From contig CADBQN010000016.1 in assembly GCA_902796855.1 (NCBI GenBank), positions 7,038 to 71,037 of the forward strand: a stretch of 64,000 nt of DNA, read 5' to 3'. A program made the translations under genes and the position numbers. This document shows, one piece after another, positions 9,286 to 21,097 of the stretch. The notes beneath the pieces were generated by a model, which did no database searches, was not told the origin of the DNA, and saw only the letters and a list, made by a program, of their open reading frames with translations. This stretch comes from an uncultured Bacillota bacterium (GTDB lineage: Bacteria; Bacillota; Dehalobacteriia; UBA7702). Every line of letters begins with the position of its first letter. Position 1 is the first letter of the stretch.

Positions 9286-10560
9286 ATGATTGGAATGAAG
9301 AAAATGCGTTTTTCGGATGAAGCGATCAAAGCGAATATTTTTAAGGGGCATTTCGGCCTGGAAATGGAAAGCCTGCGTGTGGACGAGCGGGGATTTCTTG
9401 CTCAGACGAAGCATCCTTTTGGCAGGGACCCCCGTATTTCCAGGGATTTCTGTGAAAATCAGGTCGAGATCATTACCGGTGTCGGGGACAGTCCCGACGA
9501 CGTTTTGAGGGAACTGACAGAGATTCAGCGGTTCGTCGCCGGCGAACTGCTCCGGCTGCCTTCGGGACCGGAATATCTGTGGCCGTTTTCCAATCCTCCG
9601 TTCGTAAAGGGAGAAGATGATATTCCCATCGCGCACTTTGGCGGCGACCAAAAAGAGAAGGACGCGTACCGCAGGTATCTCGCCGGAAAATACGGGAAAA
9701 TGCTGATGCTTTTTTCCGGTATCCACTTTAATTATTCCTTTTCCGATTCTTTTTTAACGGAAGGCTGGAAGCAAAGCGGAATGTCTTCTTTCCGCGCCTA
9801 TAAGGACAGGCTCTATCTGGATCTGGCCGGCAAGCTGACCCAATACAGCTGGCTCATCGTCTATCTGACGGCGGCTTCCTCCGTTTGCGACGATTCTTTT
9901 CTCGAATATGAGACGATCGGGAAAAAATACGCTTCGCCCCGGTGCAGTGAAATCGGATATTGGAATGATTTTGTGCCGGTTTTCGATTACGCTTCTCTCG
10001 ATCGTTATGTTGACGGAATTAAAATGTATGTCGCGGAAGGGAAACTGATCTCCGCCGCGGAACTGTATTATCCGATTCGATTGAAACCGAGGGGAGAAAA
10101 TGATCTGAACTGTTTGAGAGCAAATGGCGTTGATCATATTGAACTTCGTATGCTTGATTTGAATCCATTGTCAAAAATCGGTATTTATGAATCCGATTTC
10201 AATTTTTTACAGTTGCTGATTTTGTTCCTCGTGTCGTCGAAACGGGAGGATTTTCCGGAGAATGAGCAGATTACCGCTGTTGAAAATGTGAAAAAAGCGG
10301 CGGAATATGATGTCTCGTCCATCGTGGAGAACGGGGCCGAGAAGGATATAAAAACCGCTGCCCTGAACATAATCGACGATATGCGGTGCTTTTACGGTGC
10401 GCTTTCGGCGGATGATTTGGTGAGAAAAACACTGGCTGTTCAGCGGGAAAAAGTGCTTTCGGAGGAAAAACGTTACGCCGTAACGGTGAGAAAGCGATTC
10501 GGCGGGGATTATCTCGAAAAGGGTTTATCTCTGTCAAAAGAGCGTTCAAAAATGATATGA
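9286..10560 (+). CDS. Glutamate--cysteine ligase family protein (GshA/EgtA-like carboxylate-amine ligase)
   Basis: 'GHFGLEMESLRV ... FSGIHFNYSF' matches the E. coli GshA 'GLERETLRV ... ISGVHYNFSLP' blocks; start codon uncertain (9286/9295/9304). Confidence 0.7.
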   Translation: MIGMKKMRFSDEAIKANIFKGHFGLEMESLRVDERGFLAQTKHPFGRDPRISRDFCENQVEIITGVGDSPDDVLRELTEIQRFVAGELLRLPSGPEYLWPFSNPPFVKGEDDIPIAHFGGDQKEKDAYRRYLAGKYGKMLMLFSGIHFNYSFSDSFLTEGWKQSGMSSFRAYKDRLYLDLAGKLTQYSWLIVYLTAASSVCDDSFLEYETIGKKYASPRCSEIGYWNDFVPVFDYASLDRYVDGIKMYVAEGKLISAAELYYPIRLKPRGENDLNCLRANGVDHIELRMLDLNPLSKIGIYESDFNFLQLLILFLVSSKREDFPENEQITAVENVKKAAEYDVSSIVENGAEKDIKTAALNIIDDMRCFYGALSADDLVRKTLAVQREKVLSEEKRYAVTVRKRFGGDYLEKGLSLSKERSKMI

Positions 10561-10646
10561 TTTTTTCGTTTTAGGGTGTAGCGGTGATTGATGTTTTTAA
10601 AAAAAAGAGATATAATTTTAGATAATTTATATAAGGAGGAAAAACG

Positions 10647-12011
10647 ATGAAAAAAACGATTCTAAAACGAATGATGCTTTTTTGCTCTGTCTTTTTGTTT
10701 GCATTGTTTCCACTCTTCTTCGCATCGGAGGATGTTTTCGCCGCCGATGATGATGTAACAACGTATACGGTACTTGTCCTTGATACATCGGGACAAGCTG
10801 GTTTTAAATATAACAATCAATTGATTTATACGGCCGACACGGCAATCGGTTATGTTAAACAAGCCGCCAACACCTTTTTACTGGATGTGCTGAAAGCAAA
10901 AGGCGACCATTATGTTGCCGTTGTCTCTTTTACGGAAAACGCCGCGGTTGTCTCGGATTTTACAAATGATTTAAACACGCTTCGCGAAAAGATCAGCGCT
11001 CTTTCGTCATCCAACAAAGATCTCCGCAACATCGCTGCGGGGCTGGATACCGCGGACGCGCTTTTGCGGAAGATTCCGGATCAGGATAACATCAAAAAAA
11101 GCGCTGTCCTTTTTACGACAGGCATGACGAATACGGGGGACTACACTTATTCCGGGAAATACGACAGCGGTACGGTGGGGAGTTCCTGGAAGAACATCAG
11201 CACGGGCGTTAAACTATACGCTTACGCAAACACCGCTGTTAACTCGGCAAATACATTAAAGCAAAACGCGGAATTATATGTAGTCGGTCTGTTTGATACG
11301 ATGGATGGAATGCCGACTCAGGGCAGAGCCGTTGCCGAGTTTTTCAAAATGACGGCGAGGGATCTCGCTTCGGTGGATGAGTCTTTTTATGAAATATATG
11401 ATCCGAGCCAACTGGATCTTGGTTTTGAAGATGTCGCCGATTCCGTGACGGATATTCTGACTTTTCCGTTTAACGACGTCAGGTATTCCGATTGGTATTA
11501 CCGCAGTGTGAAATATGTATGGAAACACAATCTTATGCAGGGGACAAGTCCCGGAAAATTCAGTCCCGAAATAGCCACGACACGGGCGATGATTGTCATG
11601 GTGCTGTATAATTTTGAGGGCAACCCGACGGTGAGAACAGAAAACACCTTTAAAGACGTGGCTGTCGGTACATGGTATAACGACGCTGTTACCTGGGCTC
11701 AGAACAACGGCATTGTGCTTGGCTTTTCTCCGGAACGGTTTGGCCCCGAAATGAACATTACCCGGGAGCAGATGGCGGCTATTTTATACCGTTACGCTGA
11801 TTATAAAAACTTTGATACATCACCGAGAGCGGTCCTTTATCATTACAGAGACTGGAATAAAATCAGTAAATACGCCTTTGATTACATGGCATGGGCCAAC
11901 GCAAAAGGATATATCCAGGGTACGTCGCCCTCAACGCTTTCCCCGAGGAATGAAGCGACGCGCGCTCAGGTTGCCGCGATTTTCCACCGGTTTTTCCGGG
12001 ACGTACTGTAA
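10647..12011 (+). CDS. Secreted von Willebrand factor A domain protein with three C-terminal SLH (S-layer homology) repeats
   Basis: Signal peptide; 'TYTVLVLDTSGQ' vWA MIDAS-like start; three repeats of 'W(Y)...A...G(I)...G.SP..F.P....TRAQ.A..L.R' typical of SLH; strong RBS TAAGGAGG; markedly lower GC than neighbours. Confidence 0.75.
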   Translation: MKKTILKRMMLFCSVFLFALFPLFFASEDVFAADDDVTTYTVLVLDTSGQAGFKYNNQLIYTADTAIGYVKQAANTFLLDVLKAKGDHYVAVVSFTENAAVVSDFTNDLNTLREKISALSSSNKDLRNIAAGLDTADALLRKIPDQDNIKKSAVLFTTGMTNTGDYTYSGKYDSGTVGSSWKNISTGVKLYAYANTAVNSANTLKQNAELYVVGLFDTMDGMPTQGRAVAEFFKMTARDLASVDESFYEIYDPSQLDLGFEDVADSVTDILTFPFNDVRYSDWYYRSVKYVWKHNLMQGTSPGKFSPEIATTRAMIVMVLYNFEGNPTVRTENTFKDVAVGTWYNDAVTWAQNNGIVLGFSPERFGPEMNITREQMAAILYRYADYKNFDTSPRAVLYHYRDWNKISKYAFDYMAWANAKGYIQGTSPSTLSPRNEATRAQVAAIFHRFFRDVL

Positions 12012-12188
12012 TCCTTTTTGATGACTTAATGCGAGCGCCGTTTCTCATCGGCTTTGCTAAAAGTCCGGAACGGCTTGATTCAAAAAACACGGCAGGCGAA
12101 AGGTGAAGCGTTTGCCGTGTTCTTTGATGAGTTCCGCGATTTCACGTGAAACAATAAACGAACATGTATTGTGCCCTCAAATGACATA

Positions 12189-12218
12189 AAAACCGCCCGA
12201 CAAATGATCGGGCGGTTT
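12189..12218. terminator. Bidirectional terminator hairpin (AAACCGCCCGA/TCGGGCGGTTT) between convergent genes
   Basis: Perfect inverted repeat flanked by A-run and T-run. Confidence 0.5.
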
Positions 12219-12244
12219 GAGCATTACTGTGGTATTTAAAATCT

Positions 12245-14605
<2,361 letters not shown>

Positions 14606-14779
14606 TTTCTTCCTCCCATTTGATGGATCTGGCCATATTATACCATATATCTCGCCGTTTGGGTAGAGAAACTTGTAAATTTTTACCCTTTATGTTATGA
14701 TTATATTTACCATAAAATAATCAATGACCGGACTTGAGTTTTCGGACCGGTTCGTTGGAAGATTTCAGGAGAGAACACC

Positions 14780-15199
14780 ATGAAGATCGCGGTCATCGAC
14801 GGCCAGGGCGGCGGGATCGGCAAACATATTATGGAAAAACTTCGGGCCCGTCTGCCGGAGGAAACGGAACTGATCGCGTTGGGGACGAATTCCCTGGCGA
14901 CGGCGCAAATGATGAAGGCCGGCGCCAGCGAGGGCGCCACCGGCGAAAGCGCCATTTGCTACATGGCGGACCGGGTGGATCTCATCACAGGGACCGTTTC
15001 CATTTTATCCGCCAATGCCATGCTGGGGGAAATATCACCCGCCATCGCTGCCGCCGTTGGCGGTTCCCGCGCGAAAAAATATCTCTTGCCGCTGAACAAA
15101 AGCGGCATCAGCGTCATCGGTGTCGTAAAGGAACCGCTGCCCCATCTTATCGATCAGCTTGTGGATATCATCGGAAAGGAAGGTTTTGATCATGTGTGA
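14780..15199 (+). CDS. DUF3842-like small protein
   Basis: 139 aa 'MKIAVIDGQGGGIGKHIMEKL...'; AGGAGAG RBS; overlaps the downstream CooT start. Confidence 0.5.
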   Translation: MKIAVIDGQGGGIGKHIMEKLRARLPEETELIALGTNSLATAQMMKAGASEGATGESAICYMADRVDLITGTVSILSANAMLGEISPAIAAAVGGSRAKKYLLPLNKSGISVIGVVKEPLPHLIDQLVDIIGKEGFDHV

Positions 15200-15386
15200 A
15201 GCGAATGTCTATATCCGCGACAAAGGGGAAAAAGAATATGAATTGCTGCTGGAATCCGTCGATAAGCTGATTCCCGGCGAAAACGAGATCATTGTTGAGA
15301 GCATCTTCGGGGAGCGGAAGATCGTCAAGGCGAAAATCGCCGACCTTTCCCTCGTCGATCATCGAATCCATCTGGAGAGGATCTGA
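15192..15386 (+). CDS. cooT: CooT-family nickel-binding protein
   Basis: 64 aa starting MCEANVY (Cys2, as in R. rubrum CooT MCMAKV...); AAGGAAGG RBS; ORF-track start at 15159 rejected in favour of the internal ATG. Confidence 0.65.
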   Translation: MCEANVYIRDKGEKEYELLLESVDKLIPGENEIIVESIFGERKIVKAKIADLSLVDHRIHLERI

Positions 15387-15390
15387 AACG

Positions 15391-16134
15391 ATGCGGGAAG
15401 CTGCCGAAGAGATCATTCAATGGCTGAAAGATCAGCTTGAAAAAACGGGAATGAACGGCTTTGTTCTGGGTCTTTCCGGCGGAGTTGATTCTTCCGTCGC
15501 TGCCGGTTTGCTGATGCGCGCCTGTCCGGAACACGCCCTCGGCGTGATTATGCCGGCCGGGAATCAGGAGCAGGATCGCCTTCACGGCATTGATGCCGCG
15601 GAAGCGTTCGCCATGCCCTATATCGAGATTCCCCTCGAAACGCATCGTCAGGGGCTTTGCGATGAGGTCGGCGCCGCTCTTAGAGAAAAGGGGATCGGCG
15701 TAAGGGACGAGCGCATGATGAAAGGCAACATCGGCGCGCGGCTCCGTATGACGACGCTTTACGCCGTCGGCAACAGTCTGAACTATCTCGTCGTCGGCAC
15801 CGATAACGCCGCCGAGTTCTATACCGGTTATTTTACAAAGTACGGTGACGGCGGTGTCGATCTGCTTCCCTTGGCGCATCTGACGAAAGGGGAAGTCTTT
15901 CGCCTCGGCGCCTATCTCGGCGTGCCGGAACAGATTCTTCAGAAACCGCCCAGCGCCGGCTTTTTCGCCGGACAGACCGATGAAAGCGAGATGGGCGTGA
16001 CGTACGCGGTCATCGACGCCTTTCTTCGGGGAGAAGAGATCCCCGAACGGGATCGGGAGATTCTGGAACGCCTTCACCGCGTATCGGAGCACAAACGTCA
16101 TTTGCCGCCTTCCCTTCGGAAGACGGAAGAATAA
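15391..16134 (+). CDS. nadE: NH3-dependent NAD+ synthetase
   Basis: '[14 protein letters not shown]' PP-loop (SGGxDS) motif; about 247 aa from internal ATG. Confidence 0.9.
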   Translation: MREAAEEIIQWLKDQLEKTGMNGFVLGLSGGVDSSVAAGLLMRACPEHALGVIMPAGNQEQDRLHGIDAAEAFAMPYIEIPLETHRQGLCDEVGAALREKGIGVRDERMMKGNIGARLRMTTLYAVGNSLNYLVVGTDNAAEFYTGYFTKYGDGGVDLLPLAHLTKGEVFRLGAYLGVPEQILQKPPSAGFFAGQTDESEMGVTYAVIDAFLRGEEIPERDREILERLHRVSEHKRHLPPSLRKTEE

Positions 16135-16165
16135 ATTTTTAGTTTATTTAAGAGGAGAAAACAAC

Positions 16166-16912
16166 ATGTCAGGACATTCCAAATGGGCAAATATCAAACG
16201 CAGAAAAGGCGCCGTCGACGCCGAACGGGCCAAGGCCTTTACGAAAATCTCCCGTGAGATCATCGTCGCCGTTCAGCAGGGCGGCCCGGATCCCGACGGC
16301 AATTTCCGCCTGAAACTGATGATCCAGAAGGCCAAAGCCGCGAATATGCCCAACGATAATATCAACCGCTGCATCCAGAAAGCCGCCGGCAACACCGAAG
16401 GCACCAAAATGGACGAGATCGTTTATGAAGGTTACGGTCCCGCCGGCACCGCGATTTTACTGGAAATCATGACGGATAACCGCAACCGCACCGCCAGTGA
16501 GATCCGCTATCTGTTCTCCCGCAACGGCGGCAATCTCGGCGAGACCGGCTGTGTCGCCTGGATGTTTGACCGCGTCGGCCGCATCGTCATTCCGATGGAA
16601 GGAAAGGACGAGGACGACGTCATGATGGCGGCCCTCGACGCCGGCGCCGAAGACGTCGGTTTTGAGGATGGGAACTGTGAAATCGTGACGCTGCCGGAAA
16701 ACCTTGAGGATGTCCGCAAAGGCTTGATGGAGCAGGGATTTGAACCGTCCGAAGTGGAAGTGACCCGTATCCCGAAGAACACCGTCGCCGTGGAAGATGT
16801 GGAACAGGCCCGCCAGGTCGTGAAGCTCTACGACGCTCTCGATGAGTATGACGATGTTCAGAACGCGTACAGCAATTTCGAGATCAGCGACGAGATTTTA
16901 GAACAGCTGTAA
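16166..16912 (+). CDS. yebC: YebC/PmpR family DNA-binding transcriptional regulator
   Basis: [23 protein letters not shown]... canonical start. Confidence 0.9.
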   Translation: MSGHSKWANIKRRKGAVDAERAKAFTKISREIIVAVQQGGPDPDGNFRLKLMIQKAKAANMPNDNINRCIQKAAGNTEGTKMDEIVYEGYGPAGTAILLEIMTDNRNRTASEIRYLFSRNGGNLGETGCVAWMFDRVGRIVIPMEGKDEDDVMMAALDAGAEDVGFEDGNCEIVTLPENLEDVRKGLMEQGFEPSEVEVTRIPKNTVAVEDVEQARQVVKLYDALDEYDDVQNAYSNFEISDEILEQL

Positions 16913-16921
16913 AAAGTTTTA

Positions 16922-16955
16922 CCCGCAAAGCTGATTTGCGGGTTCACTTTTTTAT
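16922..16955 (+). terminator. Intrinsic terminator (CCCGCAAA...TTTGCGGG + T-run)
   Basis: 8-bp stem and TTCACTTTTTT tail just after yebC stop. Confidence 0.55.
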
Positions 16956-17092
16956 GGGAAAAATTAAAAATAAATCTTGACGAATGTGCATGAAAGGTAT
17001 ATTATTATTGAGTGAAACGCGGCGCGGTACTGCGATGTTGGTCTTACGGCGCTGTTCGTTCCGCGGGAAAATAATGAAATGAGGTATCATCA

Positions 17093-17509
17093 ATGGGAAA
17101 CGAAGAAAAAAAAGGTTTCTGGGCAGAGTTTAAAGAATTCGCTCTTCAGGGCAGCATCGTAGATGTCGCCATCGGTATGATCATCGGTGCCGCGTTCAGC
17201 GCCATCATCACGTCTCTTGTGGAAGACATCATTATGCCGCTCCTCGGTATCATTATCGGCAGAGTCGATTTCGCCACACTGTCCGTCACCGTCGGCGACG
17301 CGAAAGTCATGTACGGCGCTTTCATCCAGTCCTGCTTCAGCTTCATTCTGATCGCCCTGACGATTTTCTGCTGCATCAAAGCGGCGAACACCGCCAGAAA
17401 AGCCATCGAACGCAAAAAGGAAGAAGAAGCCGAAGAAGAAGCGGAAGAAGTCAGCGAAGATATCCAGCTCCTGTCTGAAATCCGTGACCTTCTTAAAAAG
17501 AACGACTGA
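17093..17509 (+). CDS. mscL: Large-conductance mechanosensitive channel
   Basis: 'FKEFALQGSIVDVAIGMIIGAAF' MscL TM1 signature; E/K-rich C-terminus. Confidence 0.9.
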   Translation: MGNEEKKGFWAEFKEFALQGSIVDVAIGMIIGAAFSAIITSLVEDIIMPLLGIIIGRVDFATLSVTVGDAKVMYGAFIQSCFSFILIALTIFCCIKAANTARKAIERKKEEEAEEEAEEVSEDIQLLSEIRDLLKKND

Positions 17510-17542
17510 TTTAACCTGATATAGTACGCGGCCCGCGCCTGT

Positions 17543-18061
17543 TTAAGGCGTGGGCTCTTCTTTTGGGCAGCAAAGCGCTTCCCGCCAGGGAAGCGACAGC
17601 TTCTCCATGGTCCAGGCGGCGTTCGCCGGGCTGGTGGAGGGGCAGCAGATGACTTCGATAGTCCCGCCGTTCGCGATCTCCGGGAAATGTCGGTCAAAGA
17701 GTTCCCCGGCTTTTTTGCCGTTGCAGATAATTCTGTTGATCTTCGTTTTTCTAAGCAGTCCCGGGATATCGTTGGCCTTCGCCTCGGCGATGGAGCTGTC
17801 GGCGGAGCCTTCGATTTCACAGGCGGCGACGACATCCCAAAGGGCAACGCGGTTTTGACGGAGAAAAAGCGTTTTTTCCTCGATGGTGCGGGGCACGTCC
17901 GTTTGAAAGATCTCCGCCAGCAGCGGCCAGAAACGATTGCGCGGGTGACCGTAGTAAAAGGCGTTTTCCCTTGATTTGACCGAGGGGAACGTTCCCAAAA
18001 TCAACACTTCCGCGTTTTCTCCGCAAACGGGGGCGAAAGGGTGCGTCACTTTTTCTTTCAT
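17543..18061 (-). CDS. Uracil-DNA glycosylase superfamily protein (DNA-deoxyinosine/mismatch glycosylase-like)
   Basis: 'EVLILGTFPS ... NRFW' resembles UDG-family motifs; 172 aa. Confidence 0.55.
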   Translation of the reverse strand: MKEKVTHPFAPVCGENAEVLILGTFPSVKSRENAFYYGHPRNRFWPLLAEIFQTDVPRTIEEKTLFLRQNRVALWDVVAACEIEGSADSSIAEAKANDIPGLLRKTKINRIICNGKKAGELFDRHFPEIANGGTIEVICCPSTSPANAAWTMEKLSLPWREALCCPKEEPTP

Positions 18062-18194
18062 GGCTGTAACCTCTTTTGTTTCTGTTGTTTCATTGTAAAA
18101 TCGTTCCGTTTATTTGTCAATTTTTTCTTGAAAGAAACCGCTTTTTTTATTATAATAGGTTTTAGTAATATACGGGGATAGGAGGGGAAACGCG

Positions 18195-19184
18195 ATGATA
18201 ACAGAAGAATTCACTTTCCCCAGCAGTGAAGAGGGCGAACACATTTACGGAAGAATGTATCTGCCCTACGGGGAAATAAAGGGGATCGTTCAGTTCGCTC
18301 ACGGTATGTGCGACTACGGCGACCGCTATGAGGACTTTTTCAGAGAGTTGATGGACTGCGGTTATGTCGCGGCTTTTTCCGATCATCTTGGCCACGGCCG
18401 CTCTCTCGGTGATCCGGAAGATCTCGGCTATTTTTCCGCCAGGGAGGGATACCGCAAAGTCGTGGATGATTTTGCCAAATGCTATGATCTGCTCGATGAA
18501 AAGTTTCCGGGAGAAAAGCATTATGTGATGGGGCACAGCATGGGTTCCTTCATTGTCCGCTATTTCATGGCCGCCTGCCGGAGGAATATGGCCGGCGCCG
18601 TTCTTATGGGGACGTCGGCGCCGAACCCTCTGGCCGGGATCGGCTCCGCCCTTGCCGGAGCGGTCGCGCTGATCCGCGGCGGGTACTATCGCTCTCCGCT
18701 TTTGGAGAAAATGGCTTTTGGCAGTTATAATAAAAGAATTGAGGAGCCGCGGTGCCTTTGGGATTGGCTCAGCCGGGATGAGAACGCGGTGGCGGGGTTC
18801 CTTGAGGATGACCTTCGCAACAAAACGTTTACGGCGTCGGGATTCAAGGATCTGTTCTATCTTGTCCGCGCCGTCAACCTGACTTCTTTTATTGACGATA
18901 CCCCCAAGGAACTGCCGATTCTGCTCACCTCCGGGGAGGAAGATCCCCTTGGCAATTATGGGAAGGGGATTCAGAAATTAGAGGATATGTTTCATTCGAT
19001 GAACTTCCGGGATGTCGAGTGTGTTCTGTTTCCCGGCGCGCGGCACGAACTTTGCCACGAGAAGAACCGGGCGGAAGTCTATGAAACGATCATTGACTGG
19101 CTGAATCGTCACGCCTATCAGAAAGTGACCCTTACCTTTCCCGAAGATGACGACGCTTCGTTTTTTGACTTTGAGGATGAGTAA
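18195..19184 (+). CDS. Alpha/beta hydrolase (lysophospholipase / monoacylglycerol lipase-like)
   Basis: GHSMGS nucleophile elbow, 'HG...Y' oxyanion region; GGAGGGG RBS. Confidence 0.8.
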   Translation: MITEEFTFPSSEEGEHIYGRMYLPYGEIKGIVQFAHGMCDYGDRYEDFFRELMDCGYVAAFSDHLGHGRSLGDPEDLGYFSAREGYRKVVDDFAKCYDLLDEKFPGEKHYVMGHSMGSFIVRYFMAACRRNMAGAVLMGTSAPNPLAGIGSALAGAVALIRGGYYRSPLLEKMAFGSYNKRIEEPRCLWDWLSRDENAVAGFLEDDLRNKTFTASGFKDLFYLVRAVNLTSFIDDTPKELPILLTSGEEDPLGNYGKGIQKLEDMFHSMNFRDVECVLFPGARHELCHEKNRAEVYETIIDWLNRHAYQKVTLTFPEDDDASFFDFEDE

Positions 19185-19203
19185 GGTATCTTTAAAACAA
19201 ATC

Positions 19204-19236
19204 GGATCGCCTTCTGCCGCGGCGATCCGTTTTTTT
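19204..19236 (+). terminator. Intrinsic terminator (GGATCGCC...GGCGATCC + TTTTTTT)
   Basis: Perfect 8-bp stem followed by a 7-T run after the hydrolase stop. Confidence 0.55.
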
Positions 19237-19363
19237 GTTTTTAGCCAAGGATTTTATGGCTTTTTTGGAAATAGTGATAGTCTTTTCTTAAAAAATGGTG
19301 TATAATGATTCTGTCTGTAATAATGACGGATTGATGAAGAAAACAGGATTGGGTGAGAAAAAA

Positions 19364-19993
19364 ATGATCGGAGTCATCGATTACAAAGCGGGAAACGCCC
19401 CCAGCGTGTATAACGCCTTAAAGCGCGTCGGCGCCGACGGCGTAATGGTGCGTTCCGGTGAGGATCTTGACGGGGTGAACGGTGTGATTTTGCCCGGCGT
19501 CGGATCGGCGGAAGCGACCTTATCATCTCTGGCGGAAACGGGTATATTATCCGTACTGACCCCAAAAGTACGGGAGGATGGACTTCCGTTTCTCGGCATC
19601 TGCATCGGCATGCAGATTCTCTTTGAACACAGTGAGGAGGGCGATGTGGACTGCCTTGGCTGGCTGAAAGGGCAGGTCGTTCGTTTTCCTTCCGACCGCG
19701 TCCGTGTTCCGCAGATGGGTTGGAACGAGGTGGTTTTTCGTCGGGAGCACCCGATTTTAAAGGGAATGGGAACGTCGGGCCATTTCTATTATGTCAATTC
19801 CTATCATGTCGTACCCGAAGACGCTGAGGATATCCTCGCCGTGACGGATTATGCCGGTGATTTTTGCTGTATGGTGCAGCGTGAAAACATTCTGGCCGCT
19901 CAGTTCCATCTTGAGAAGAGCGGGCCCCTTGGTTTGAGACTGTTGGAGAATTTCGCGCGCTGGGCGGAAAGGGGGAATGATGCCTCATGCTGA
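19364..19993 (+). CDS. hisH: Imidazole glycerol phosphate synthase, glutamine amidotransferase subunit
   Basis: 'MIGVIDYKAGNAPSVYNAL' and 'GICIGMQ' catalytic Cys; start moved to internal ATG. Confidence 0.8.
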   Translation: MIGVIDYKAGNAPSVYNALKRVGADGVMVRSGEDLDGVNGVILPGVGSAEATLSSLAETGILSVLTPKVREDGLPFLGICIGMQILFEHSEEGDVDCLGWLKGQVVRFPSDRVRVPQMGWNEVVFRREHPILKGMGTSGHFYYVNSYHVVPEDAEDILAVTDYAGDFCCMVQRENILAAQFHLEKSGPLGLRLLENFARWAERGNDASC

Positions 19994-20784
19994 CAAAACG
20001 ACTGCTTGCCTGCTTTGATATGCGCGACGGCATGGTGACAAAAGCCCATCAGTTCCAGGATAATTTTGATATCGGCTCCGCCGCGGAGATCGCCTGTAAG
20101 ATCTATGAGGATCAGATCGACGAGATCCTCTTTTATGATATCACCGCCAGCGCCGAAAAAAAGCCCATCGATCTTGAGACCGTCCGCACCGTGGCGGAAA
20201 GGGTTTTTGTCCCGTTCTCTGTCGGCGGCGGCATCCGTGATCTGAACGACATGTATCAGGTCCTGAAAGCCGGCGCGGAAAAAATCAGCATCGACTCCAT
20301 GGCTGTCCGCAACCCCCAAATCATCGCCGAAGGCGCCAAGGCGTTCGGTTCGCAGTGCATGATCCTGAGCATGCAGGTGAAACGGGTGGAGAAAACGGAA
20401 AAGATTCCTTCCGGTTACGAGATCGCCATTGACGGTGCCCGGACGTTCACGGGAATGGATGCGCTGGAATGGGCGAAACGCGGCGAAAGCCTTGGCGCGG
20501 GGGAACTCTGCATCAACAGCATTGACTGTGACGGGACCCACAACGGTTACGATTTGGAAATCACGAAACTTATTTCCGACCATGTCAGTATACCCATCAT
20601 CGCCTCGGGGGGCGCGGGGAATCCCTCGCACATCGCCGACGCTTTTACGAAAACGGGAGCATCGGCCGCCATCATCAGTTCGATGCTGTATTCGCCGAAA
20701 TTGCCGCGAAACTACCCTGTTTCCGAAATCAAAGATTATCTGACGGCCCGGGGCATTCCCGTGCGCCCGTATCTGAAGCAGTAA
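19987..20784 (+). CDS. hisF: Imidazole glycerol phosphate synthase, cyclase subunit
   Basis: 'KRLLACFDMRDGMVTK ... SVGGGIRD ... ASGGAG' HisF signature; overlaps hisH by 7 nt. Confidence 0.8.
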   Translation: MLTKRLLACFDMRDGMVTKAHQFQDNFDIGSAAEIACKIYEDQIDEILFYDITASAEKKPIDLETVRTVAERVFVPFSVGGGIRDLNDMYQVLKAGAEKISIDSMAVRNPQIIAEGAKAFGSQCMILSMQVKRVEKTEKIPSGYEIAIDGARTFTGMDALEWAKRGESLGAGELCINSIDCDGTHNGYDLEITKLISDHVSIPIIASGGAGNPSHIADAFTKTGASAAIISSMLYSPKLPRNYPVSEIKDYLTARGIPVRPYLKQ

Positions 20785-20797
20785 AGGAGAAAAGAAG

Positions 20798-21085
20798 ATG
20801 AAAATTACCGATGAAATCATCGATTACGTCTCTTCTTTGGCCCGCCTTGATCTGAGCGGCGATGAAAAAGCGAAGATCAAAGGCGAGATCGAGAAGATCA
20901 TTGACTATATGGATATTCTGAACACATTGGATACCGCCGATGTGGAACCGATGAGCCACGTGCTCCCGACGACAAACATCTTCCGGGAAGATGAGGTGGT
21001 CGCTTCCCTGCCCCGGGAAGAGATTTTGAGTAATGCTCCCGACAGTGACGAAGGCGCGTTCCGCGTGCCGAAGACCGTAGAGTAA
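20798..21085 (+). CDS. gatC: Asp-tRNA(Asn)/Glu-tRNA(Gln) amidotransferase subunit C
   Basis: 95 aa 'MKITDEIIDYVSSLARLDLSGDE'. Confidence 0.9.
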   Translation: MKITDEIIDYVSSLARLDLSGDEKAKIKGEIEKIIDYMDILNTLDTADVEPMSHVLPTTNIFREDEVVASLPREEILSNAPDSDEGAFRVPKTVE

Positions 21086-21097
21086 AGGAGGCGGCCT

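Noticed and set aside
9247-9330. Upstream 14-codon ORF (MRTDDWNEENAFFG) overlapping the GshA-like start region
   Set aside because: It could be a leader peptide. More likely it is a chance ORF, with no RBS and no conservation evidence available; it is only noted as a caveat for start choice.
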